A stretch of 64,000 nucleotides of DNA from Myxococcota bacterium. Lineage in GTDB: Bacteria > Myxococcota_A > Polyangia > Nannocystales > Nannocystaceae. Positions 44,424-54,007 of this stretch are shown piece by piece. The position numbers were made by a program, and so were the translations under genes. The notes under the pieces are model-generated. The model searched no databases, was not told the origin of the DNA, and was given only the letters and a program-made list of their open reading frames with translations. The stretch lies in assembly GCA_039028615.1 (NCBI GenBank), contig JBCCHT010000001.1, forward strand, positions 224,001 to 288,000. The letters are read 5' to 3'. Numbering within the stretch: position 1 is the stretch's first letter; each line of letters begins with the position of its first letter.

Positions 44424-46613
44424 TCACTGCTCCGCGTGGGCCACGACCACCAGCGCAATCTCGTCGCCTACCTCTTCGCACGCGACATCGAGGCAGCGCT
44501 GCTCACTCTCCGGGTCGAGCGCGGAGAAGCTCTCGTCGAAGACGAGGGCACTGGCATCGTTGCGCATCAACGCGCGAAGCATGGTCAGCCGGTTCCGCTC
44601 GCCGTGGCTCAGCTGCCAGCCGCACTCACCGATCGGCTGGTGGACCCCCGCAGGCATCCGAGCCAGCAGGTCCGACAGGCCCAGCTTTGCGATGAGCTCG
44701 TGCAGCCGCTCCATGTCCTCCTCGCGCGGCGGCCATGGCCGGCCGAGCAGCGCGTTGAAGGCAAAGGTCTGCGTGAGCACATGGCTCTGGTGAAACTGCG
44801 GCACCACGACCACCGCGCGGCGCCACGCTTCGTCACCGACGGTCGCCCGATCGAGGCCGCGGACGGTGACGAGGCCATGCTGTGGGCGAGCGCGTGCGCC
44901 CAAGATCGACAGTAGCGTCGACTTGCCGGACCCCGACGGCCCCTCGAGGAGGATCCGATCACCGCGGCCAATCTCGAGGTCGGCGCCTCTCAGCACGGGG
45001 TTGGTCGCCTGCTCGGGAGAACCCGCCGGGCCGTGCCCCGGGTGGTAGAAGACGATGTCGCGCGCGCTGACGACCGCGTCCTCGGACGAGGGTTCGTCAG
45101 TCTCTACGACGTGTCCGGTTTGCGCAGGCAAGGCCGACCGCGGGGTGCTCGGTCGGGCCTTGGCTCCCGCCCGAACGAGCGGCATCAACTCGCGCATCGA
45201 CGCGAGCCCGCGGGTGAGCTGCTGAATCCCCCCTTGCGCGCTCTCGAGCGCCTGCTGGCACAGCAACACGCCACCGACCGCGACCGCCAAGCTCGTGCCG
45301 CTCGCGGAACCTTCGATGAGCGCAGGGATCGTCGCCATCATGCCGGCCACCAGCCAGGCGCGATCGAGCGTCCATACCGGCAATAGCCGACGATCGAGGG
45401 CTTCGACGGCCGCGTAGTGCCGGGCGAGTTCGTCGTCTTCCGCGACGTGACGGTGCGCTTCGTCAGTCTGCACCAGCCGAGTGCGGTGGCCCTGCATGCG
45501 CTCGATGAGCCCGGCCGTCGTCTGGGCACGCACGACCGCCATCGTCTGCTGGGCCTTCATGAGTCGCCGCAGGATGACGGCCGAGATCACGAGGAACACG
45601 ACGAAGGCCAGCATCAGTACGACGAGTCCGCTGAGCACGAGGATCGCCCCCGCGACGATCAGCTGGATGGCGGCCAAGATTGTCGCGAGCGTCCCCGCGA
45701 TGAGCAGCGAGTCGACCGAGCCCGCTTCCATCACGCGCGCAAAGGCCCGCGACTCGCCATCGGGATCGGGGGCGGCGACGCCCAGCGCCATCGCACCATG
45801 AATGAGGCGCACCTTGAGCGCGCTCGAGGCCTCGAGCGACAGCGCAGCCGCGGCCGTGCTCGCGAGACCGCGGAGCACCACCACGCTGAGCCAGCAGCAC
45901 GCCCACCCCACCAACCATCCGGGCTCGAGCGTCCCGCTGAACGCACCGCTGCCGAGCAAGATCCAGGCGACGATGGCCAGCGCCATGATGGCGATCTGAC
46001 TGACGAGCAGGATCGCCATGGAGCGCAGGCCCCCCGCTCTCGCGATGGTCGCGAGGAGACCATGGCTCGGGTGCGACGAGAGCAACCAGATGCGGGGCGC
46101 GGAGGGATCGGGGCTGGAGCCGCCGTGGGGCAGCGACGTGTCCGTGCGCAGCCGCTTGAGGGTTCGAGTCGCGCGTCCTCGGTGAAGGCTCGGTACGGCC
46201 GCCGAGAGCTTGGCGAGCAATGGATCTTCGGCCGAGCGCGACACGAACCGGGCGAGCGCCCGCGGTGCGACCATGACCACCAGCCCGTCGGGCCCTACGA
46301 CACGCAGCTTCCCGAAGCGTCCGCGCGTGACCGCGAGCCAACCATCCTTGGCCGGGATCTGAACGATCGCAGGCGGAGCAGCGACCCACGCCGCCCGGTC
46401 TTGCTCGCCCTGCCCGTCGCCGACGTCCTCGACCTCGACCGCTCGCAGTCCCACGCCGGCCGCGACCTGCTCGACGGTCGGCGTCAGCCCGAACGTCCTC
46501 GACGGGTCGTCGTGGTTGGACGGCAGCCGGCTTTGGCGATCCCCCGCGAGCGCGCGAACACACGCCCCCATCGCCGACGCGGGCCAGACCGCGGCATCCA
46601 GGTCTACGCTCAT
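44424..46613 (-). CDS. ABC exporter subunit with degenerate N-terminal C39-like domain
   Basis: TM domain, GPSGSGKST, LSHGE, VFDES. ATG 46613 overlaps the PCAT stop. Confidence 0.85.
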   Translation of the reverse strand: MSVDLDAAVWPASAMGACVRALAGDRQSRLPSNHDDPSRTFGLTPTVEQVAAGVGLRAVEVEDVGDGQGEQDRAAWVAAPPAIVQIPAKDGWLAVTRGRFGKLRVVGPDGLVVMVAPRALARFVSRSAEDPLLAKLSAAVPSLHRGRATRTLKRLRTDTSLPHGGSSPDPSAPRIWLLSSHPSHGLLATIARAGGLRSMAILLVSQIAIMALAIVAWILLGSGAFSGTLEPGWLVGWACCWLSVVVLRGLASTAAAALSLEASSALKVRLIHGAMALGVAAPDPDGESRAFARVMEAGSVDSLLIAGTLATILAAIQLIVAGAILVLSGLVVLMLAFVVFLVISAVILRRLMKAQQTMAVVRAQTTAGLIERMQGHRTRLVQTDEAHRHVAEDDELARHYAAVEALDRRLLPVWTLDRAWLVAGMMATIPALIEGSASGTSLAVAVGGVLLCQQALESAQGGIQQLTRGLASMRELMPLVRAGAKARPSTPRSALPAQTGHVVETDEPSSEDAVVSARDIVFYHPGHGPAGSPEQATNPVLRGADLEIGRGDRILLEGPSGSGKSTLLSILGARARPQHGLVTVRGLDRATVGDEAWRRAVVVVPQFHQSHVLTQTFAFNALLGRPWPPREEDMERLHELIAKLGLSDLLARMPAGVHQPIGECGWQLSHGERNRLTMLRALMRNDASALVFDESFSALDPESEQRCLDVACEEVGDEIALVVVAHAEQ

Positions 46614-49453
46614 GGCGCCTCCCGTTGTGGCTCGTCGCAGACCTGCCCATCGCGCAACAGCACCCGGCGAAAGCCGCGTCGGGTCCACTGCGATGCGCTC
46701 TTCTGAGCCGCCTCGTGCATGCGGGCAAAGACCCCTTCACTCACGGCCAGCTCCTTCGGATCGCCGTCCTGCACGATCGCCCCGTCGGCGAACACCAGCA
46801 CGCGCTCGAAGTCATCGCACGCGCGCAGGTCATGCGTGACGCACAGCAGCGTCTGTCGACGCGCGGAGGCCCGTCCACGGACCGCGGCCAGCAGCTCCCG
46901 TCGCTCCTCGAACTCGAGGCCGCGAAACGCCTCGTCGAGGATGACGAGGTCTTTGTCCGGGTCCACGAGCGCGCGGGCGAGTCTCAGGCGCTGGCCTTGC
47001 CCCCCCGAAAGCAGGGTGCCGCCCCGCCCCACTCGGGTCTGCATCCCGTCGCGGAAGGTGGTCAGCACTCCAGCGACACCCGACCCGGCGGTTGCATCCA
47101 CCACGCGATCGGGTGTGGCCGCATCCGAGTCGTGCCCGTACGTGATGTTGTCCAGGACCGTGCCTTCCCACAGCTGAACCTGCGGGTCGATCCACGCGCA
47201 CCGTCGACGCAGCGAAGTGATCCTGTCCTTGGTCACCGAGAGCCCATCGATGAGCATGCGACCGGCGCTGGTCTGCAAAAAGCCCAGCAGCACGGCCACG
47301 AAGCTGCTCTTGCCCGCCCCGGAGAGCCCCACGATGGCCACTTGCTCGCCCGCCGCGATGTCGACCGTGATTTCCCGAAGCCGTGGTCGATCCCAGCGGC
47401 CGACCGTGACTCGCTGCATGCTCAAGGCAATCCCACCCTGCGCACCAGCAGCGCGAGGCGAGTCGCCCTGCGCCACGGCCTTCGGGTCGTGCACCGGCTC
47501 CGATTCGCTGGCGTCGGCATCGGCGAAGACCTCGGCTTCCTCGGGAGCGGTCAGCGGCTCGATCAGTCGCGCGACGGTGTTGCGCAGCGGAGGCAGCTGT
47601 CGAAACGCGGTCGCGAGCAGCTGCCCGAACACGGGGATCTGCAGGCTCCAGTAGGCCACCAGCAGCACCCCGGGCGCACTCCCGGCTCCGGTGGCACCAA
47701 GCACCGCCGACTCGACGTAGATCCACACGCACGCGACGGCGGTCGCGGTGCCGAGCCCTGCGGTCAGAACCTCCACGGACAGCGCGATGCGTGCGTAGCG
47801 AGCCAGCGCTCGTCGCCACAGCGCCAGCAGGTGCTCGTGCTCGTCGAGGATCGCCGTCTCGCCGTTCATCGCCCGCAGCGTCGTTCGACCGAGCAGCGCA
47901 TCCAGGTACACCCGAGTGAGCGCGCCGCCCTGCGTCTGGGCCCGAAGCTCTCGCTCGTCCATGGTCGAGCGGAACAGCAGCGGCACGACGATGGTCGCCA
48001 CGCTACCCCCGACCGCCCACGGCCAGGTCTGTGGCGACAACCAATAGAGCCCGATCACGATGGCGACCAGCCCCGCGAAGACCTCGACGAAGGTGCCGAG
48101 CAGGTGCGGGACGGCGCGTAGCGTGGAGATCAAGTGCGCGCGGTAGGCCATGTCCGAGGACAGGCGGCTACGGAAGTGCGTATCGGGAAGACGACCGATC
48201 TTCTCGCGCAGGGCCACGCGAAACCGATGCTCGAGCCGTCGACCGAAGCGCAAGGTCAGCGAACGCGTCCGCACGTCCAGCCCCCACAGCCCCGCGAACA
48301 ACACGGCCGCGAGAGCCGGAGCGGCCACCCGTTGCCACGGCAGCGCCAAGAACGGCTCGATGGTCAACAGCGCCCGAAACAGCAGGCCCTGCACCAAGGT
48401 CGAGAAGGCACCGAGGGCGGTCGCCACCATGGCAAACGCCACGACCAGTCCGCCGCTGCTGACGAGCATGGAGCCGATCCATCGCCACGGCCCGTGCTCC
48501 GGCTCCGCAAAGCGAGCACGCGCCGCATCCTGGTCGACTTGCCCGCTCGCGTCGATGAGCGGTTGTTCCCCGGCGACTGCTTGCGGGGGCGCTTCATCGT
48601 CGTCGTCGTCCTCCTCCTCCTCCTCGGATTCTTCGTACTCCGCGAGTTCTTTGGCGGTGATGCGTCGCACCAAAACCGCTCCGCGAAGCCACGCCGCCGG
48701 GACCCCGAGAATCTGCTCCCCCGGCAGTGTGTCTTCTGCGTCGGTGATGACGGAGAAACACTGGTGCGGGATGACGACCGCGTGGTCACTGAAGATCGTC
48801 GCCAGGGCCGTGGCCGCGGTCCGTCCTCGTCGTAGCGCCCGGGCGTGACACAGCTTGTCGACGAGCCGAAGAGCCCCGTCGAGCCGGCCGATACCCGCGA
48901 TGGTCGGCCGTGACATCGCCTCCCGATGAAGCGGCTCGAACGTGGCCTGGTTGATGCCGAGGGTCCGCGCCCGTCGAAACAAACAACCGCGGAACTCGTC
49001 CCCCTCGAGCCAGTCACGCACGGCGTCGAGCGGCACCGGCATCGTGTGCAGGTAGAGGTTGCGCTCGAGCTCGTCGATCGTCATCCACCGCCGGCCCTCG
49101 GCCGGATCCATGACTTGAACGAAGCGACCCACTCGGCGCCACACCACGACGAAATGGTTCACCCCGCCTGGTAAGGCCACGACGGCCAGCGCGGGCAGGG
49201 CCTCCGCCTCGGGCAGGCACAGGTGGTCGAAGGGCTGCATGACCTGCTCGAGCGGCACGCCGAGTGCACAGCCCACCGCCTCGAGATCGTCGATGGAGGT
49301 CCCGTCGACATCGGTGCGGCACGCCTCGCGCAACCGCCCGTAAGACACGCTGCTACCGAGGCCGTCCAACAACGACTTCAAGGACGCCGGACCGCAGTCC
49401 ATCATCGAGGTCTGCACGACCTCGGGGGCAAAAAACGGCAGACGTCGGCTCAC
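46610..49453 (-). CDS. Peptidase C39-containing ABC transporter (PCAT)
   Basis: QTSMMDCGPASL (catalytic Gln/Cys), HFVV, MDPA; GLSGAGKS, LSGGQ, ILDE. Confidence 0.92.
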   Translation of the reverse strand: MSRRLPFFAPEVVQTSMMDCGPASLKSLLDGLGSSVSYGRLREACRTDVDGTSIDDLEAVGCALGVPLEQVMQPFDHLCLPEAEALPALAVVALPGGVNHFVVVWRRVGRFVQVMDPAEGRRWMTIDELERNLYLHTMPVPLDAVRDWLEGDEFRGCLFRRARTLGINQATFEPLHREAMSRPTIAGIGRLDGALRLVDKLCHARALRRGRTAATALATIFSDHAVVIPHQCFSVITDAEDTLPGEQILGVPAAWLRGAVLVRRITAKELAEYEESEEEEEDDDDDEAPPQAVAGEQPLIDASGQVDQDAARARFAEPEHGPWRWIGSMLVSSGGLVVAFAMVATALGAFSTLVQGLLFRALLTIEPFLALPWQRVAAPALAAVLFAGLWGLDVRTRSLTLRFGRRLEHRFRVALREKIGRLPDTHFRSRLSSDMAYRAHLISTLRAVPHLLGTFVEVFAGLVAIVIGLYWLSPQTWPWAVGGSVATIVVPLLFRSTMDERELRAQTQGGALTRVYLDALLGRTTLRAMNGETAILDEHEHLLALWRRALARYARIALSVEVLTAGLGTATAVACVWIYVESAVLGATGAGSAPGVLLVAYWSLQIPVFGQLLATAFRQLPPLRNTVARLIEPLTAPEEAEVFADADASESEPVHDPKAVAQGDSPRAAGAQGGIALSMQRVTVGRWDRPRLREITVDIAAGEQVAIVGLSGAGKSSFVAVLLGFLQTSAGRMLIDGLSVTKDRITSLRRRCAWIDPQVQLWEGTVLDNITYGHDSDAATPDRVVDATAGSGVAGVLTTFRDGMQTRVGRGGTLLSGGQGQRLRLARALVDPDKDLVILDEAFRGLEFEERRELLAAVRGRASARRQTLLCVTHDLRACDDFERVLVFADGAIVQDGDPKELAVSEGVFARMHEAAQKSASQWTRRGFRRVLLRDGQVCDEPQREAP

Positions 49454-50631
49454 GGCGAGCGCCCACCGGGTTCGCCGTTGATGGAACGCCCGAGCGCCTG
49501 CAGCATGAGCTCGGCCGGTGTGCTCGTCGCGGTCTCGATCTCGACCTGGCCGGGCAAGCCGTGCACGAGCCGCTCGGCGAGGTCACTCTCCGTGCCATCG
49601 TCCGACACGATCGCGAGTTCGACCCGAACCCCACGTTGTGAGCGCTCACGAGCGACTTCTCTCACTTCGAGTGTCAGCGATCCGTACGACAGCCACGGAA
49701 ACGCATCGAGCCGCATGCGTCCGGTGGCCCCCTCGGCGACTCGACCAAACGCTTGAGACGCGGCCATCCAAGCCACGACGCGAAGCTCTGCACGTCCGAC
49801 CAGGGCGGCCAATGTCTCCCCTTTCCCCACCACGTCTCCGGGGGCATGCCCTTCGAGTGCGGCGACGTAGCCCGACATCGAGGCTCGAACTACGTGGCGT
49901 TCGACGATATCGTTCGCGTCCGCGACATCGGCCTCGAGACCCCGCGCCTCCTCGGTCAAGGCCGCTTCTTCGCCGCGCAGCGTCGCCATGCGCTCCTCGA
50001 CCTCCGCCGCCTTGAGCCTTTGTTCAGCGACGAGTTCTGCCTCTGTATATCGAACGACACCGACTTGAGCAGACAGGGCACGAGAGGTCGCGACTGCGCC
50101 TTCTCGTTCGGCTTGTGCAATCATCCCCGTCAACGCCATTGCCCGGGCGGCCTCCGCTTGTGCACTCTTGGCCCGAGCAACGGCGGCACGGTGCTTTTGC
50201 CGTGTACTCGCTCGGGCACTGTCGTTGACCTGTTCGAGCGCCTCGAGCTGGAGTTCGAGCGCGTCGATACGAGCAACGAGTGCCGTCTTGCGGGTCTGGA
50301 CCGCTCGCAGCTTGCTCTCGCGAGCAACGAGAGTTCGTCGGGCCGCGCTCGCGTCCAACGACACCAACACATCGCCTTCTTCGACCCATTCCCCCAACTC
50401 CACCTCGACCCGCTCCACCACGCCATCCAGGCTCGGTTGAGCGGCAACCGGCAATTCGACGCTCTCGACTCGAGCGTCGGCCGTCGTGGCGTATTGCCTC
50501 ACTTGCGCAAGGACAGCCCAGGCCATCCACCCCGCAAAGACGACCGCGACAATGACGAGAATGAACCGCACATCACCCGCGAACGGGTCGCGACTCATTG
50601 CACGTAAGGTACGAGAAAAGGGTCGAGCCAT
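49450..50631 (-). CDS. HlyD family secretion membrane-fusion protein
   Basis: N-terminal TM helix, lipoyl half-motifs (GEWVEEGDVLVSLD; VRASMSG), coiled coil, AFPW..YG. Confidence 0.9.
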   Translation of the reverse strand: MARPFSRTLRAMSRDPFAGDVRFILVIVAVVFAGWMAWAVLAQVRQYATTADARVESVELPVAAQPSLDGVVERVEVELGEWVEEGDVLVSLDASAARRTLVARESKLRAVQTRKTALVARIDALELQLEALEQVNDSARASTRQKHRAAVARAKSAQAEAARAMALTGMIAQAEREGAVATSRALSAQVGVVRYTEAELVAEQRLKAAEVEERMATLRGEEAALTEEARGLEADVADANDIVERHVVRASMSGYVAALEGHAPGDVVGKGETLAALVGRAELRVVAWMAASQAFGRVAEGATGRMRLDAFPWLSYGSLTLEVREVARERSQRGVRVELAIVSDDGTESDLAERLVHGLPGQVEIETATSTPAELMLQALGRSINGEPGGRSP

Positions 50632-50858
50632 CGAACTCGCAGGACGCTATCAAATCGAGCGACGGTAGTTGTGTTGAAGTGTCGCAAGACAGTGGTGAGA
50701 TGATGCTCACGGGTGTATCGGCCCCTGGGTCGGTGGGATCGTACCGCTTGCTTGGAACCGCGCCATCGTGTGCAAAAAGGCGCTGCCACCCTCTGAACAC
50801 TATTTTTTTGAACTTTGAGTATACCCCCTTGATGCACTGACTGCTACAGTGGTCAGCC

Positions 50859-51014
50859 ATGACTGACAACAAGATCACTGATAGCAAAGCGACCACGAAC
50901 TCCAAGAAGGCGACTTCGAAGGGGATCAAGGTCCGTAGCTCCGTTCGTGCCGCTGCTGCAGCTGCTGCCCCCGCAGGTGCCATCGGTGCTGCGCCTCGTT
51001 GGATGTGCTTCTAA
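50859..51014 (+). CDS. Putative precursor peptide 2 (51 aa; not in the ORF track)
   Basis: My translation: MTDNKITDSKATTNSKKATSKGIKVRSSVRAAAAAAAPAGAIGAAPRWMCF*. Divergent from HlyD/PCAT, first in the enzyme operon, and followed by a stem-loop. Confidence 0.75.
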   Translation: MTDNKITDSKATTNSKKATSKGIKVRSSVRAAAAAAAPAGAIGAAPRWMCF

Positions 51015-51025
51015 TTAGAAGCTAG

Positions 51026-51058
51026 CGGCATCAGCCGAGAGGGCGTCGGCTCATGCTG
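51026..51058 (+). promoter_or_regulatory. Stem-loop between precursor 2 and the N-oxygenase gene
   Basis: CGGCATCAGCCGA-gagggcg-TCGGCTCATGCTG, with one mismatch and one G:U pair. Confidence 0.5.
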
Positions 51059-51081
51059 GCGACTTCCCGGCTGAGGCCTTT

Positions 51082-52065
51082 ATGCGGATCCGCGCTCGTA
51101 TGCAATCATCATCACATCCATCGTCGCAGCTCGAACGACTGGTCGAATGTTGGCCCAGGCGTGCGGGCGTGCGACGTGACGAGTTCTACGAGCAGGACTA
51201 TGGGAACACGGACGATACCCGCCCAGATTACCCGATAAACATCGTTCCGTTTGAAGAGCACCCCAACTTCCAGGCGGCTTCGCCTGAGCAGAGAGCTTCG
51301 GTATTGACCGGAGCATGGTTGGCCTACAACGAGCGAGTGATCGAAATCGAGCATCTCGTCACGAACCCTGCAATTGATCTACTGCTAAGGGGAACCCTTC
51401 CTGGCGCAAGTAATCCAGTGGTGCGGCAGGCCCTGCAGCAGACACTCATCGATGAGCAATTTCATTTGATGATGCACGAGCAGGCGATTCGCGAGACACG
51501 GCTGAAAAATCCGTGGACCAGCGAACTCGAACTCCCGCATTCGATCGTATTTCGGAAACTGCACGTCTTGCGTGCCGAATGCCCCGAACAATGGCAAAAG
51601 GATCTATTGATGCTGTTGTGGGCAATCGTCTCCGAGATGACGATCAACGCCTACCTCAATCTATTGTCGCGCTCGGACAACATCCGTGAAGTGAATCGCC
51701 GACTGAACTGGCTCCACAATCGTGACGAACTCGCCCACAACGAGATATTCGTAGAGATCAGCAAGGCCGTATTCAGGGCCCTCAACCCTCATCAACGAGA
51801 CTTTTTCCTGCAGATGCTCCCCCGCACGGTGGAAGCCTTCACGTCGCACGACTTCTCCTCCTGGGAGGCGGTCCTGCGGGCTACGAAGCTCCCCGGCACG
51901 GCGACCATCATCGGAGACTGCAAGGATAAGTCCGGGAAATTACTAAGCGACGTGTCTTACGCCTATCGCCTCCTCGAGCACTTGGAGATCGTTGGATCGA
52001 CGGACGTCGACCAGCGGGTAGCGGCGAATTCCCGTCAATCCTCCGAGTCTCAGGTGCTCGTGTGA
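51082..52065 (+). CDS. AurF/CmlI-like diiron N-oxygenase
   Basis: YNERVIEIE, IDEQFHLMMH, VSEMTINAYL and HNRDELAH diiron ligand pattern. Start may be 51100. Confidence 0.85.
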   Translation: MRIRARMQSSSHPSSQLERLVECWPRRAGVRRDEFYEQDYGNTDDTRPDYPINIVPFEEHPNFQAASPEQRASVLTGAWLAYNERVIEIEHLVTNPAIDLLLRGTLPGASNPVVRQALQQTLIDEQFHLMMHEQAIRETRLKNPWTSELELPHSIVFRKLHVLRAECPEQWQKDLLMLLWAIVSEMTINAYLNLLSRSDNIREVNRRLNWLHNRDELAHNEIFVEISKAVFRALNPHQRDFFLQMLPRTVEAFTSHDFSSWEAVLRATKLPGTATIIGDCKDKSGKLLSDVSYAYRLLEHLEIVGSTDVDQRVAANSRQSSESQVLV

Positions 52066-52874
52066 TCCAGCAGCCGCGAATCCTACCATTCAGCGAGCTT
52101 CAGCACTGGACTGCGAGGACTTGCGAATTTCTCGGCAGGCCGCTCGTCGTCTCATTCGACGAGCAACCTCGCGAGACGATCCTGAAGCCGGATGAAGCCG
52201 GTGTCAGTAAGTCGCAGGCATACATCCAGCACAGTGAGGCAATCTGGGACAAGCACGTGGCGCGACACGGGGGAAACCTCTGGAACGGTCGTGTTTGTAC
52301 GATTCAGAGCATCGAGGTCGCCGACGGACGGCTCACGCTCGGAACCGGCACTTGTGGCTACAAGGACATTATCTTTAAGCAAGAGCTGGGCATCGAAGCA
52401 TTCGTGAAATCCTACGGCCCCGAGACCTTCGACGTGCACGGCGTGACCGGTATCGTCCCCATCACCGAGACCCACGAGGTGATTCTCGGCGAAGTCGGCA
52501 AAGGTACAATTCAAACTCCAGGGTGTCTCGACATCATCGGGGGAACCCTCAACCGGGACGAGCATTCGGTGGAGTCCTTCACCGATATCGCCCAATTGGC
52601 CGCCGCGGAACTCCGCGAAGAGACGAGTGTGAGCCTCGAGCCAGGGCAACTTCGGCTCGCGTCACTCGGCTTCTACGACGGTCGCTGCTACGTCTTGTTC
52701 CTCGCGCAAACCCACTCACGGGAGTTCGAGGTCGACGCGACGCTCAATGACGAACTCGCCGCTGTTCATCGACTCTCGCTGAGCAGCATTTCCCAAACAA
52801 AAATGCCCACGACCCGTGACGTCGCATACTTGCAGACGTATGCCGACAGCATCCTGCCCTCACGGGCATCATGA
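52062..52874 (+). CDS. NUDIX hydrolase-like protein
   Basis: GG...AAAELREETSV Nudix box, LWNG. GTGA overlap with the previous stop. Confidence 0.7.
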   Translation: MIQQPRILPFSELQHWTARTCEFLGRPLVVSFDEQPRETILKPDEAGVSKSQAYIQHSEAIWDKHVARHGGNLWNGRVCTIQSIEVADGRLTLGTGTCGYKDIIFKQELGIEAFVKSYGPETFDVHGVTGIVPITETHEVILGEVGKGTIQTPGCLDIIGGTLNRDEHSVESFTDIAQLAAAELREETSVSLEPGQLRLASLGFYDGRCYVLFLAQTHSREFEVDATLNDELAAVHRLSLSSISQTKMPTTRDVAYLQTYADSILPSRAS

Positions 52875-54007
52875 GAACGAAAATGACCAAAGTAACGGTA
52901 GTTGGTGGAGCAGGCTATCTCGGTAGTTCCCTGTGCACGCACTTGCTCGAGATGGGCCACGAGGTGACGGCAATCGACGCACAGTGGTTCGGAGAGCAAT
53001 CGCTGGAGCACCTGCGTCAATCTCCTCGATTCCATAGCCACTGTGTCGACGTGCGTCGTATCGACGAGGTGATGCCACTGCTCCATGGGCAGGACGCAAT
53101 CATCTGTATCAGTGGGCTCGTGGGCGATCCTGCGTGCAAGATCGATACGGCATTCACTTACAGCTGCAACTATCTAGCCAGTGTCACTCTGGCCATGATG
53201 GCCAAGCGCCTGGGGATCGGCCGCTTCATCTTCGCGTCGAGCTGCAGCGTCTATGGACGCTCGGCGTTGGGCCCCGACCTGTTGTCGGAGACCTCCGCGA
53301 CCAATCCGCTCTCCTATTACGCGCAAGACAAGCTCGATACCGAGCATGCGCTATATGAGCTCGCGGACGAGTCGTTCCACCCCACGATCCTGCGCCTGCC
53401 CACGTTGTTCGGCTGGTCGTACCGAATGAGGTTCGATCTCGTCGTCAACCTGTTCGCCGCCCAGGCGTGCCGTGGCAATAAGATTCAAGTCATCGGCGGA
53501 ACGCAACGACGACCATTCCTGCACGTTCGTGATGCCGCCGCTGCGTTCGCTCAGGTGCTCGAGACGGATGTCGATCTCGTGTCCGGCGAAGTCTTCAATG
53601 TCGGAGACGAGCAGCACAACCTCCGCATCGTCGACTTGGTCGACGTGATTCGCGAGGTCATTCCCGAGGTCCGCGCGGAAGTGGTGACGAGCGCGGTCGA
53701 TCCGCGCGACTACCAGGTGGACTTTCAGAAGATCAAATCCGCCATGGGGTACACGTGCAGCGTCTCCATGACGGACGGAATTGCCGAGATCACGAAGATG
53801 CTCCGAAACTCGGCGATTGCGGACATCAAGTCCCCGAGCTTCGTCAACGAGGCCCGTACGCGAGAACTCATCGAGGGGTCGAACAGCGAGTCTGTATCTC
53901 GTACCAGCCCCGCCGAGGAGGAGCTGGCGCGAGAGCCCGTCATCAAGTCTCGGCCGATGCGAGGATCGGTCAAGCGCGCGGTGAATGAGCCCCGGTATGA
54001 ATCCTAG
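52871..54007 (+). CDS. NAD-dependent epimerase/dehydratase (extended SDR)
   Basis: VGGAGYLG, VGDPAC, ASSCSVYG, YAQDK, RMRFDLVVN, RPFLHVRD, DPRDY. Confidence 0.92.
   Translation: MRTKMTKVTVVGGAGYLGSSLCTHLLEMGHEVTAIDAQWFGEQSLEHLRQSPRFHSHCVDVRRIDEVMPLLHGQDAIICISGLVGDPACKIDTAFTYSCNYLASVTLAMMAKRLGIGRFIFASSCSVYGRSALGPDLLSETSATNPLSYYAQDKLDTEHALYELADESFHPTILRLPTLFGWSYRMRFDLVVNLFAAQACRGNKIQVIGGTQRRPFLHVRDAAAAFAQVLETDVDLVSGEVFNVGDEQHNLRIVDLVDVIREVIPEVRAEVVTSAVDPRDYQVDFQKIKSAMGYTCSVSMTDGIAEITKMLRNSAIADIKSPSFVNEARTRELIEGSNSESVSRTSPAEEELAREPVIKSRPMRGSVKRAVNEPRYES

Noticed and set aside
50769..50790. Possible sigma-54 promoter for HlyD (TGGCAG...TTGCA on the minus strand)
   Set aside because: GG and GC are 12 nt apart rather than the required 10.
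50573..50983. 136-aa minus-strand ORF overlapping precursor 2
   Set aside because: It spans the AT-rich divergent promoter region and overlaps the HlyD start. The plus-strand 51-aa ORF fits the operon direction, leader motif and downstream hairpin better.
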